Shown here: positions 23,205 to 34,589 of the stretch, piece after piece | Layout of the letters: the number at the start of each line of letters is the position of its first letter | Numbering within the stretch: position 1 is the first letter of the stretch | Notes under the pieces: model-generated | Told to the model about the DNA's origin: nothing | Database searches by the model: none | The model's input: the letters and a program-made list of their open reading frames with translations, nothing else | NCBI RefSeq assembly: GCF_044704955.1 | Contig: NC_091979.1 | Location: forward strand, 141,918,001 to 141,982,000 | DNA from: Pristiophorus japonicus | Taxonomy: Eukaryota | Length of the DNA: 64,000 nt | Direction: 5' to 3' | Position numbers and translations under genes: made by a program

Positions 23205-23720
23205 CCCGATCTCTAAACGCAGGCGAGGAGCAGAGAGGCAGAAGTTGTCGGGCGGGGGTCAGTTAGTGTTGGTGCACGAACAGCGGTGGAGGAGGAAGCA
23301 GCCAGTGGGTGCTGTTTGAGGGTGGCACTCATTATTACTTCCATCCGGACTGCGCGCTGGGAGCGGCGGATTGAGCAGTGGCCCAGCCCGGGGCGGAGGG
23401 AGAGGCCGAGGGGGCAGATTGAGCAGTGGGCGGCGTGTCCCGGGACGGAGGGAGAGGCCGAGGGGGCGCGGGCTGCAGCCGCTCCCAGCGGGAGGGTAGC
23501 CTGCCGCTGACATTAACCCGCGGACTGCGGCCAGTGGAAGCTGGCTCCTGTGGCCGGAGAGCCCTCAGCAACCGGTGTGTCTGAGGGACACGCTGTCTGC
23601 GGTAAGACTTGCATTTCTATAGCGCCTTTCACGGCCACCGGATGACCCAAAGCGCTTTACAGCCAGCGAGGACACAGTCACCTGCAGCCACCGCCCCGCG
23701 ATCAGCACCTTGTTTAAAAC
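23205..23720 (+). promoter_or_regulatory. CpG island / probable ADAT3 promoter and non-coding exon 1 (donor GCG|GTAAGA after 23601)
   Basis: Non-repeat GC/CpG-rich segment with GGGCGG boxes and a strong splice donor. The nearest downstream strong acceptor precedes the ADAT3 ATG. Confidence 0.7.
23369..23468 (+). repeat. Two-copy ~50-bp G-rich tandem repeat in the CpG island
   Basis: GATTGAGCAGTGG...CGGAGGGAGAGGCCGAGGGGGC starts at 23369 and 23417. Confidence 0.85.
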
Positions 23721-23824
23721 AAATCAGCAATCCAGGGCCCCGTGTTGGGTATTTTATTTGAAAACACCAGCGGGATGTTGCCTTGGTTACCAGCTGGTAT
23801 TGCAACACTATTATGAAATGTTTA

Positions 23825-24685
23825 TAGACTGCAAGGAGACATAGATTGGCTGGTGGAATGGACAGAAACATGGCAGATGAAATTTAACACAGAAAAGTGT
23901 GAAGCAATATATTTTGATAGGAAGAATGAGGAGAGGCAATATAAACTAAAGGGTACAATCCTAAAGTGGGTGCATGAACAGAGAGACCTGGGGGTACATG
24001 TGCACAAATCGTTGAAAATGGCAGGGCAGATTGAGAAAGTGTTTAATAAAGCATATGGGAGCCTGGGCTTCTTAAATATGGGCCTAGAAAAGCTAGGAAG
24101 TTATGATGAACCTTATGATGAGACACTGGTTTGGCCTCAACTGGAGTATTGTGTTCAATTCTGAGCACCGCACTTTAGAAAGGATGCGAAGGCCTTAGAG
24201 AAGTTGCAGAAAAGATTTACGAGAATGATTCCAGGGATGAGGGGCTTCAATTACGTGGATACATTAGAGAAGCTGGAGTTATTCTCCCTGGAACACAAAG
24301 TTGCGAGGAGATTTGAAAGAGGTGTTCAAAATCATGAGGGGTCTGGACAGGATAGAGAAACTGTTCACATTGGCGGAAGAGTCTAGCACCAGAGGACACC
24401 GATTTAAGGTGATTGGCAAAAGAACCAAAGGCAACATGATGAACAACCTTTTTACGTAGCGACTGGTTAGGATCTGGAATGCACTGCCTGAAAGGGTGGA
24501 GGAGGCAGACTCAATTGTGGCTTTCAAAAGAGAATTGGATAATTACCTGCAAGGATTTTTTTTTTGCAGAACTACGGGGAAAGGGTGGGGGAGTGGGATT
24601 AACTGAAGTGCTCTTGCAGAGAGCCAGCATTAGGCTCAACTGGCCAAATGGCCACCTAATGTGCTGTAACTATTCTATGATTGTA
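23825..24685 (+). mobile_element. CR1 3' fragment
   Basis: WQMKFN...RDLGV...PQLEYCVQF peptide and CR1 3'UTR. Confidence 0.85.
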
Positions 24686-24889
24686 TGTATCAATGCATTC
24701 ATTCTGCCTCCCTCGTCCATTCTAATATTGAAGATAATAGAGTCTGGCCATTGAAACTCTGCAATAGGGAGTACAATGCACGTAAGGTAACTCTGGATGG
24801 AGAGGACTGTATGGCCCATTTTGGTTCTTCCTTTCTTAAAGACTCTAGACCCCCCTTCCCATTGCAGTATGGAATAGTTTCTTGAATAA

Positions 24890-25450
24890 TACCAGGGTTT
24901 TCACCTCAATTACTCGATCTCCAGATCTATTCCAAGTGCTGATCAGACATGTATGAATAATTTCCTGATATCGGTGCTAAATTTACTGTTTACTAGTTTG
25001 AACCTGTGTCCACTTCTGCTCTCACAATTTAAAGTAATATTTTCAATTTCACATTTCCATTCCTTTAACTATCTTTTTCTCTAAGTACACCTCTCAAACG
25101 TTTCCTTTCTCGAGTGAAAAGCCCAAGTTTCTCCCGCCTTTCCCCATAACTTTGACCGTTGACACACGGGATCGGTGTTGTGGGTCTTCTCTGCACTGCC
25201 TCCAGTACTTGGATATCTCCTTTGTATCTCAGCAACCAAACCTGAACACTACTGCAGCCACTATAATTTGTTCACGACTTCCTCTGATTGGTTTTCTATA
25301 GTATTGGCTGTGTAATTCAAGCTTAATTGATTACTGCTCTGCAACGGTTCAGTACTTTAGGTATTAAGACTACGAACAATTTTGAGGTTTCTCTACCTGA
25401 TCCCACCTAATTTGACACTGTTCATGATGTCCATGTCAGTCATTTTTCCT
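24890..25450 (-). mobile_element. Old, highly decayed CR1-like fragment
   Basis: Residual similarity to the CR1 C-terminal region (VFRFG/LEAVQRR/YGERREKLGLF-like) on the - strand. Confidence 0.5.
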
Positions 25451-25584
25451 TCTGTAAAGTGACAGCATAAGGGATGCAAATCCCATAGTATCATGGTGAC
25501 TAGGAATAATTCATTATAGTATGATCAATCACTATTACTTGTGTATGTTTCTTTCTCTGGCCCCTTACTAGCACATTATACAGT

Positions 25585-26460
25585 CAAGAACATAAGAAAT
25601 AGCCGGAGTAGGCCATCTGACCCCTTGAGCCTGCTCTGCAATTCAATGAGATCATGGTTGATCTGATCATGGGTCCAGCTTCACTTCCCTGCCCTCTCCT
25701 CATAACCCATGACTCTTTATTCTTCAAAAATCTGTCTATCTCCACCTTAAATATATTCAATGACCCAGCCTCCACAGCTCTCTGGGGTAGAGAATTCCAA
25801 AGATTCACGACCCTTTGACAGAAGAAATTCTTCCTCATTTCCGTTTTAAATGGGCGACCCCTTATTCGGAGACTAAGCTCCTTAGTTCTAGATTCCCGCA
25901 CGAGAGGAAACATCCTCTCTGCATCTACTCTGTCAAGCCCCCTCATAATCTTATACATTTCAATAAGATCATCTCTCAGTCTTCTTAGCTCCAATGAGTA
26001 TAGGCCCAACCTGCTCAACCTTTCTTCATTTGACAACCCCATCATCTCAGGAATCAGTCTCGTGAACCTACTCTGAACTGTCTCCAATGTAAGTATATCG
26101 CTCCTTAAATAAGGGGACCAAAACTGTGGTCTTACCAACATCCTGTACAGTTGTAGCAGGAAGTCCCTATTTTTATACACCACCCCCCTTGCAATAAAGG
26201 CCAACATTCCATTTGCTTTCCTAATTACTTGCTGTACCTGCAGTCTAACTTTTTGAGTTTCGTGTACAAGGACCCCTAGATCCCTCTACCACAGCATTTT
26301 GTAATCTCTCCCCATTTAAATAATAATTTGCTTTTTTATTTTTCCTACCGAAGTGGATAACCTCACATTGTACTTCATCTGCCAAATTTTTGTCCACTCA
26401 TTTAGCCTGTCTATATAATTTGCAGATTCTTTGCGTCCTCCTCATAACTTGCTTTCCCGC
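25585..26460 (-). mobile_element. CR1 3' fragment
   Basis: ORF 25584-26207 is a CR1 C-terminus; TTCTTATG tail. Confidence 0.88.
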
Positions 26461-26996
26461 TGCTCAATAAGTATCGTGCTAAAGAACACACAGATGTACT
26501 GTGAAATATATCCTGAAGAATATACATGGTATATTGATGTTAACTTGCTGCTTAGTTTGAAATACAAGTACTAACAGCCCAACTAAAATACTTGATGCTA
26601 ATACTTTGTAGCAAATTGGAAAGTGTTTCGTTCCTCACCATGATGAGCACTTGATTTTGTAAAATGAAATAAAATCGTAAGAATAAAAGCAAGTAGATAT
26701 TTTACACCGATATACTTTGAAGTAAAACAGAACCTACTAAATTTTAGCATCTGCTAACTAAGGGCTTCAATGTTTAGCAATCTGTGTACATTCCAAGTGG
26801 ATTCTTGATTCATGAAAGGCTTGCATGTTTTTGGCTACTGCTTTGTAAATGATCTATTTGAGAACAGAAGATATAATTATTGGAAAGGTTAGAGCTGCCT
26901 TTGAATTTGATTTAACTGATGCTTAATTGTTTTCCTATTCCCTTCAGCATCTGACTCACTGTAAAAAAATCTCCCAATTCTGATGTCAAAGGTATA

Positions 26997-28061
26997 ATGG
27001 AGCCACAGTGCAAAAAGAGAAAAACAGGGGCAATCAGCACTTTCACTTGGGAGTTGATGCCTGTACTTTCAGATGAAAAATCGTGTGACGTTGAACTTCT
27101 AGAAGCATATGCAGCCCCTATTATCAATAAAAAACAAACATCTTGTCTTGTTAAACAACTGGCTGATGTCTATCCACTGAACAACCTCTCACATATCAAG
27201 AGAGTACGAGCTTGTAGGGACAAGAACAGTAATCATCCTTTAGAAATCATCATTTGCCTACTAAGGGATTTGAATTGCACAGATGTACCAAATGGAGACG
27301 TGTCTCTTAGTGATCTCTTTCCTGAAGGAAAGGCTGATTGCATTGGACTTGGAGAACCTTTCCAGGTCAAGATACCAGCATACCCACCGTTCACCAGACC
27401 TCAGTTTGAAGCAGCTAGCCAACACTGGCCAACATCATTCCATGAAAACAAGCAAGTGACTGAAGCCCTCCGAGGCCAGCGTTTTAACACTGAAGAGAAA
27501 GTAAAGATGCAGACTTTTATGGAAAAAGCTATCGAAGCAGCAAAAGTGGGAAAGAAAATGGGGATGGAACCAGTCGGTGCAGTGATTGTTAACCCAGCCA
27601 CTGATGAGGTTATCGCAGTAGGTCATGACTGCAGAAATGGACCAAATCCATTGCTTCATGCAGTTATGGTGTGCATTGATCTAGTTGCCAACGGGCAAGG
27701 TGGTGGTGCTTTTAATCATAACAAATATCCTAACTGTCACTTTAAGTCTGTAGAATCTTTTTCAGGTACAATCGACATTGGTAAAACTTTGCTTCCTTTA
27801 GAGGATCATAGTCCCACAGGAGCTATTATAAATGGTTTGCCCTACATATGCACTGGGTATGATCTATATGTTTCCAGAGAACCATGTGTAATGTGTGCTA
27901 TGGCACTGGTCCATTCCAGAATACGCACAGTTTTTTATGCAACATCCTCTCCTGATGGAGCATTGAGCACTAAATATAAAATACATACAAAAAAGGATCT
28001 TAATCACCATTATGATGTTTTTAAAGGACTGATGGAAAAAGAATGCCAGCTTTTTTCATAA
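26997..28061 (+). CDS. ADAT3: tRNA-specific adenosine deaminase subunit 3 (non-catalytic Tad3 subunit of the A34-to-I deaminase), single coding exon, 354 aa
   Basis: Intact ORF with HIKRVR, HWPTSFHE, pseudo-catalytic HAV (27657-27665), YICTGYDLYVSREPCVMCAMALVHSRI and LNHHY motifs. Acceptor ttcccttcag| at 26947, about 50 nt before the ATG. Confidence 0.97.
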   Translation: MEPQCKKRKTGAISTFTWELMPVLSDEKSCDVELLEAYAAPIINKKQTSCLVKQLADVYPLNNLSHIKRVRACRDKNSNHPLEIIICLLRDLNCTDVPNGDVSLSDLFPEGKADCIGLGEPFQVKIPAYPPFTRPQFEAASQHWPTSFHENKQVTEALRGQRFNTEEKVKMQTFMEKAIEAAKVGKKMGMEPVGAVIVNPATDEVIAVGHDCRNGPNPLLHAVMVCIDLVANGQGGGAFNHNKYPNCHFKSVESFSGTIDIGKTLLPLEDHSPTGAIINGLPYICTGYDLYVSREPCVMCAMALVHSRIRTVFYATSSPDGALSTKYKIHTKKDLNHHYDVFKGLMEKECQLFS

Positions 28062-28235
28062 CATTGAGCCGTGGTTTCAGTTTTGCCTGTTTAAGAAAAT
28101 ACATTTTTAGTACAAATTTAATTTTTAAATGTATTATTTTAAATACTGTTTTAACTTGAATGGACTATCAACTCTTAATGTCCAAAGAAATATTTACTAT
28201 TTTGAATAGTTGTGTAATACTTTGGTATGTTAATT

Positions 28236-28241
28236 ATTAAA
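28236..28241 (+). terminator. Candidate ADAT3 polyadenylation signal (ATTAAA)
   Basis: In an AT-rich 3'UTR 175 nt after the stop, with a T-rich element downstream. Confidence 0.5.
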
Positions 28242-28734
28242 CATACATTATTAATACCTGATCTTTCTTTGTATTAATGTACAAAACTCACCATGGCATA
28301 TTCAGAAACAAAAGTAAAGCTTGTAAATTTTAAGTGATACATCATTGAATGCAAGCGGTCTGACCAGGCAACAACAAAGTTGATCACAAAGTTTGTATAC
28401 ATTGGAACAGGACTAGCCTCAGGTCAGGAATCGATAGACTCAATTTAAAAAATATTTGGATCAACACTGAGAAAACCAGCAAGGCAAGTTTTGGAGAAAT
28501 TCAGTCTTTTATAAAGAGGCTTAGGTTAGGCCTGTGACTGTAAAAAGTGTGAGAGGGTAAGGTAAAGCATATGCATTTTAGGATTGAGTTCTAAGTGATC
28601 GAGATTGTTGGTAGGTGGGTGATGGGGATGTAGTGAATTGAGCAGCAGATAAGGCCAGCGGTGCAGTTGATAGGATGTGCCATTTGAAGATGAACTCACT
28701 CATCTTGACAACTCGTTTCAGATCATTAAATGTC

Positions 28735-29150
28735 TATTAAGAAAGGGTGAGCAGGTTGGCCTATAATCATTGGAATTTAGAAGAATGTACAAGATTCTGA
28801 GGGGGCTTGACAGGGTAGATGTAGAGAGGATGTTTCCCCTCATGGGGAAATCTAGAACTAAGCATAATTTCAGAATAAGTGGTTGCCTATTTAAAATGGA
28901 AATGAGGAATTTCTTCGGAGGGTAGTGAATCTTTGGAATTCTCAACCCCAGAGAGCTGTGGAGGCTGGGTCATTGAATACATTTAAGGTGGACATAGATT
29001 TTTCAATGATAAGGGAGTCAAGGGTTATGGGGAGCAGGCAGGGAAGTGGAGTTGAGGCCAAGATCAAATCAGCCATGTTCTTATTGAATGGCAGAGCAGG
29101 CTCGAGAGGCCAAATGGCCTACTCCTGTTCCTATTTCTTATGTTATGTTC
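28735..29150 (+). mobile_element. CR1 3' fragment
   Basis: NLWNSQPQRAVEAGSL peptide, CR1 3'UTR and TTATG tail. Confidence 0.8.
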
Positions 29151-29841
29151 TTCCTGCACTACCTCCGTTTCTTGGAGCTACATTCCTGGTATTGATCTCT
29201 GCTACTACTTCCTGAGTATTATGGATCAAAGGCAGGTAAATGGAGCTGAGGTATAGATCAGCCATGATCCAACTGAATGGTGGAACAAGCGTGATGCCTG
29301 TTCATAATACTGGAGAAACATTGAAAGTGGTGTATCCAGAAATAATTTCTAGGTCCACATTTGATCATATATATGGGTGATCTGGACTTGGGCATAGAGA
29401 ACACAAAATTTGCCAATTATACAAAGAGAATTAAGCAAACACCAAGGAGGATTGTAAATTTGAGAATAGGTAATCCGAATGAGCACACAAGTAGCACATG
29501 CCAGAGATGGTAATGGTATTTTCTGCCTTCTGGAGTGAATAGAAATGCAGTGGGCAGCCTGGGGAGTCTTGTTGATTGATTTATTCATTCACAAGCTCAA
29601 ACGAATGAGTGTTGGGATTTCAATTGATCTTACTGAGGTGCAGTTTGGTCCTACCACATTCCTATTTGAGGTCAACAGCAGTATTTGTTTCTCTTCTCGT
29701 CGGTTATCCATCATCCCCTTTCTATATTCTCTCGCTGGGCTGAAATTTCTATTTTCATGAATTTGAGCAAAAGGAATTGATTCCTCAAGCAAGATTTCTC
29801 AATCCTCTTCCATATGTTACTCAGTTCAGGTGCTTTAAGCA

Positions 29842-32800
29842 TTAGGCGGAAGAGGCGGCCATTTAGCCCCTCGAGCCTGCTCCACCATTTAATAAGATCT
29901 TGGCCTCAACTTCACTTCCCTGCCCGCTCCTCATAAACCCTTCACTCTCTTATCGCTCAAAAATCTGTCTATGCCACCTTAAATATATTCAATGACCCCG
30001 CCTCCACAGCTTTTTGGGGTAGAGAATTCCACAGCTTTATGACCTCAGAATAAATTCCTCATCAGTTCTAAAACTTTTTTCTGAAACTATGCCCCCTAGT
30101 TCTAGAATCCTCCGCGAGTGGAAACATCCTCTCTGCATCCACCTTGTTGAGCCCCCTCATTATCTTATGTTTCAATAAAATCACCTCTCTTCTAAACTCC
30201 AATAAGTATAAGCCCAACCTTTCTTCATATGACAACCCTTTCAGCTCGGGAATCAACCTCGTGACCCTTCTCTGAATTGCCTCCAATGCAAGTATATCCT
30301 TCCTTAAATAAGGAGACCAAAACTGTATGCAGTATTCTAGATGTGGCCTCATCAATACCCTGTACAGTTGTAGCAGGACTTCTCTGCTTTTATATTCTCA
30401 TCACCCTTGCAATAAAGGCCAACATTCCACTTGCTGTCCTGATTACTTGCTGCACCTGCATACTAACTGTGTTTCATGCACAAGGACACCCAGGTCCCTC
30501 TGTACTGCAGCATTTTGTAATTTCTCCATTTAAATAATTTGCTTTTTTATTTTTCCTGCCAAAATGGATAACCTCATACTTTCCCACATTAGACTCCATC
30601 TGTCAAATGTTTGCCCACTCACTTAGCCTGTCTATATCCTTTTGCAAATTGTGTGTCCCCTCACAACTTGCTTTCCCACCCATCTTTGTATCATTAGCAA
30701 ACTTGGCTGCATTACACTCGGTGCCTTCATCCAAATCATTAATATAGACTGTAAGTATTTGGGGCCCTAGCACTGATCCCTGTGGCACCCCACAAGTTAG
30801 TTTTCCAACCTGAAACTGACCCATTTATCCTGACTCTGTTTTCTGTTAGTTAGCCAATCCTCTATCTAAGCTAATGTATTACCCCCCAACCCTGTGAGCT
30901 CTTATCTTGTGCAGTTACCTTTTATTTGGCACCTTATCGAATGCCTTCTGGAAATACACATCCACTGGTTTCCCCCTTATCCACTCTGCTCGTTACATCC
31001 TTACAGAACTCGAGCAAATTTGTCAAACATGACTTCCCTTTTATAAAACCATGCAGCCTCTGCTTGACTGTATTTATACTTTTCCAAATGTCCCGCTACT
31101 GCTTCCTTAATAATGGACTCCAGCAATTTCCCAACAATAGATGTTAGGCTAACTGGTCTATAGTTTCCTGCTATCTGTCTGCCTCCTTTTTAAAAAAAAA
31201 ACAGGGGCGTTACATTTGTGGTTTTCAGACAGTTGGGACCTCTCCAGAATCCAGGGAATTTTGGTAATTACAACCAATGCATTCACTATCTCAGCAGCCA
31301 CTTCTTTTAAGACCCGAGGATGCAGGCCATTAGGTCCAGGAGACTTCTCCACCTTTAGTCCTATTATTTTGCTGAATACTGTTTAGTGAAAGTGATTGTT
31401 TTAAGTTCCTCCCTCCCTATAGACCCTTGATTATTATTGGGATGTTTTTAGTGTCTTCTACCCTGAAGTCAGATACAAAATATTTGTTCAAAGTTTCTAG
31501 CATTTCCCTGTTCCCCCATTAATTCTCCAGTCTTGTCCTCTAAGGGACAAACATTTACTTTAGCTACTCTTCCTTTTTACATACCTATAGTTCTTATGTT
31601 TTTATATTTCTCACTAGTTTCATAATCCACCTTCTCATTTTTTTTAGTCCTTTGCTGATTTAAAAATAATTCCCAATCCTCCTGCTAATCATGTGCAGTT
31701 GTACAGGGCCTTGGTGAGGCCTCACCTGGAATATTGTGTTCAGTTTTGGTCTCCTAATCTGAGGAATGACGTTCTTGCTATTGAGGGAGTGTGGTGAGGG
31801 TTCACCAGACTGATTCCCGGGATGGCAGGACTGACATATGAGGAGAGACTGGATCAACTGGGCCTTTATTCACTGGAGTTTAGAAGGATGAAAGGGGATC
31901 TCATGGAAACGTATAAAATTCTGGCAGGGCTGGACAGGTTGGATGCAGGAAGAATGTTCCCGATGTTGGGGAAGTCCAGAACCAGGGGACATAGTCTAAG
32001 GATAAGGGGTAAGCCATTTCAAACTGAGATGAGGAGAAACTTCTTCAGAGAGTTGTTAACCTGTGGAATTCCCTACCGCAGAGAGTTGTTGATGCCAGTT
32101 TATTGGATATATTCAAGAGTTAAATATAGCCCTTACAGCTAAAGGGATCAAGGGGTATGGAGAGAAAGCAGGAAAGGGGTACTGAGATGAATGCTCAGCC
32201 ATGATCTTATTGAATGGTGGTGCAGGCTCGACGGGCCTACTCCTGCACCTATTTTCTATGTTTCTATTGCAACTTTGTATGCCATTGTATTCAATTGGAT
32301 ATCATCCTTTACTTCCTTAGTTAGCCACAGATGGTTCTCTCAAAAGTCTTTCCTTCTCACGAATATATTTTTGTTAAGAATCATGAAATATCTCCTTAAA
32401 TGTCTGCCACTGTTCATCAACAATCTTACATTTTAATCCATTTTCCCAGTCCACTTTGCCTTCATACCTTTGTAATCACCTTTATTTAAGATCAGGACAC
32501 TGGTTTTAGATCCAACTTTCTCACCCTCCAACTGAATTTGAAATTCAACCATGCTATGATCACTCTTTCCTAGAGGATTTTTGACTATGAGATCATTTAT
32601 TAATCCTGTCTCATTACACAGTACCAGATCCAAGATAGCCTGATCCCTGGTTAGTTCCGCAACATACTGTTCAAGGAAATCATTTTGAACTCTTGAGCTC
32701 TATGAACTCTTCAAGGCTATTTGATTTGTCCAATCAATATGAAGATTAAAATAACCCATGATTATTGCTGTACCTTTCTTACAAACCTCCATTATTTCTT

Positions 32801-33800
32801 GATTTATACTCTGTCCAATGGTGCAACTACTGTTTGGTGGGTATAGTCTATAGGCCCCCTGTGACTTTTCCCTTATTTCTTATCTCTACCAAAACTGATT
32901 CTACATCTTGCTCTTATGAGCCAATTCATTTCTCACTACTGCACTGATCCCTTTCGTAATTGACAGAGCTACCCCCATCTCCTTTTCGTTTCTGTCTATC
33001 CTTCCAAATTATCAAATACCCCTAAATATTCAGTTCCCAGCCTTGGTCACCTTGCAACCACAGCTTTGCAATGGCTATCAGATCATACCCATTTATATCA
33101 ATTTGTGCCATCAACTCCTCTATCTTGCTACAAATGCTGCATGCATTTAGAAAAAGAGTTTTTATAGTTTTCTTTTTACCATGTTTCCCTGCTTTGATTC
33201 CACATTGTCCCTTCCTGTCACACTCTGGTTATCTTCTCCCCCACGACTACCCTGCTCTCTTGCCTTCTCCCTGCTCTTTGACTTTTTAATTTCCATTCAC
33301 CTGAACCCTCCTTTCCCCCACTATTTAGTTTAAAGCCCTCTCTTCAGCCCTAGTTATTTGATTCATCAGGACACTAGACATTTAAACCCATTTCTTCCAC
33401 ATCAGTCTTTGAGCCACGTGTTCATCTCTCTGATCTTATTTACCCTATTCAAATTTGCTCATGGCTCAGGTAATAATCCAAAGATTATTACCTTTGTGGT
33501 TCTGCTTTTCAATCTCTTTCTTTGTTCGACCCATGTCATTAGTACCTACGTGGATCTTCCCCTTCCAAGTTCCTCTCCAGCCCAGAAGCACCGTTATTAA
33601 CCCTGGCACCGGGCAGGCAACACAGCCTTCAGGACTCATGCTCTTGGCTGCAGAGAACAGTGTCTATCCCCTTAATGATATTGTACCCTACCGCCACAAC
33701 GTTTCATTTTACTCCACCCACTTAAATGGCCCATGGTACTGTGGTCAGTTTGCTCATCCTCCCTGCAGTCCCTGCCCTTGTCCACACAGGGAGTAAGAGC
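29842..33800 (-). mobile_element. Long decayed CR1 (part of ORF1 plus ORF2) with a nested + strand CR1 fragment
   Basis: GVPQGSVLGP, KSPGPNGLHPRVLKE and DLVLCNETG remnants. Confidence 0.88.
31693..32266 (+). mobile_element. CR1 3' fragment nested in the opposite-strand CR1
   Basis: ORF 31822-32142 is a CR1 C-terminus; TTTCTATG tail. Confidence 0.85.
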
Positions 33801-34589
33801 CTGTTTGTTACTGCAGAAATATTTAACCTTGTGATTTCCAGCTAACCAATGTTTCAAGATGTCATTATATCCAAATTAAGTATTCCGTATAGCATAGTAT
33901 TCGGTTTCTCGGAATACTCCCCCGCAGAACAATCCATGATGTGCCATTTACTGCCTGGATGCAGAAGGATCATTTGATTATTTATTTTTCTTTTTAAAAC
34001 TAGTTGATCTATGATACTTTAAAACAATATTTTTTTCCTGTTTCTCACTTAAATTCTCCCTATTCTGCACTCCTTACATCAAGGTGTCCTTCTATAGTTC
34101 TGACAATGTTTGTTCTAGTGTGAAATGGTCACCAGATAACCCCAAATTCCTGGCATTAATAAGTATTTTGATCCCAGATTATAATCACTCAACCATTGGT
34201 GGCCAAGCCTTCTATTGCCTTGGCCCTAAACTCAGGAATTCCCTGTCTAAGCCTCTTTACCTCTCTTTCCTCCTTAAAATCTACCTTCTTGACCAAGCTT
34301 TTGGTCAGCTGCCCTAATTTCGAATGCGGCCCAGTGCCAATTAAAAAAAAATCTCATTAGTCCTGTGAAGCACCTTGAAACGTTTCATTACATTAAGTGC
34401 TATATGAATACACGTTGTTATGAACTGAACCATAACTAATGTTTAATTTTGGAAATACAAGTATTGCAAATATTAAGGACAAACAAAATTTAGATCTTCA
34501 GGTGCAGTTGGAAAGCTAAGCAACATTTGAATGTGGGTTAGAAACTGGAACAGATGAAATATTTTCCTTTTCTGAAATTTAATAAAATT

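Noticed and set aside
27657-27665. ADAT3 lacks the catalytic Glu (HAV instead of HAE) and has no coding introns, suggesting a processed pseudogene
   Set aside because: Both are normal for vertebrate ADAT3. The ORF is intact and has an upstream acceptor and CpG island.
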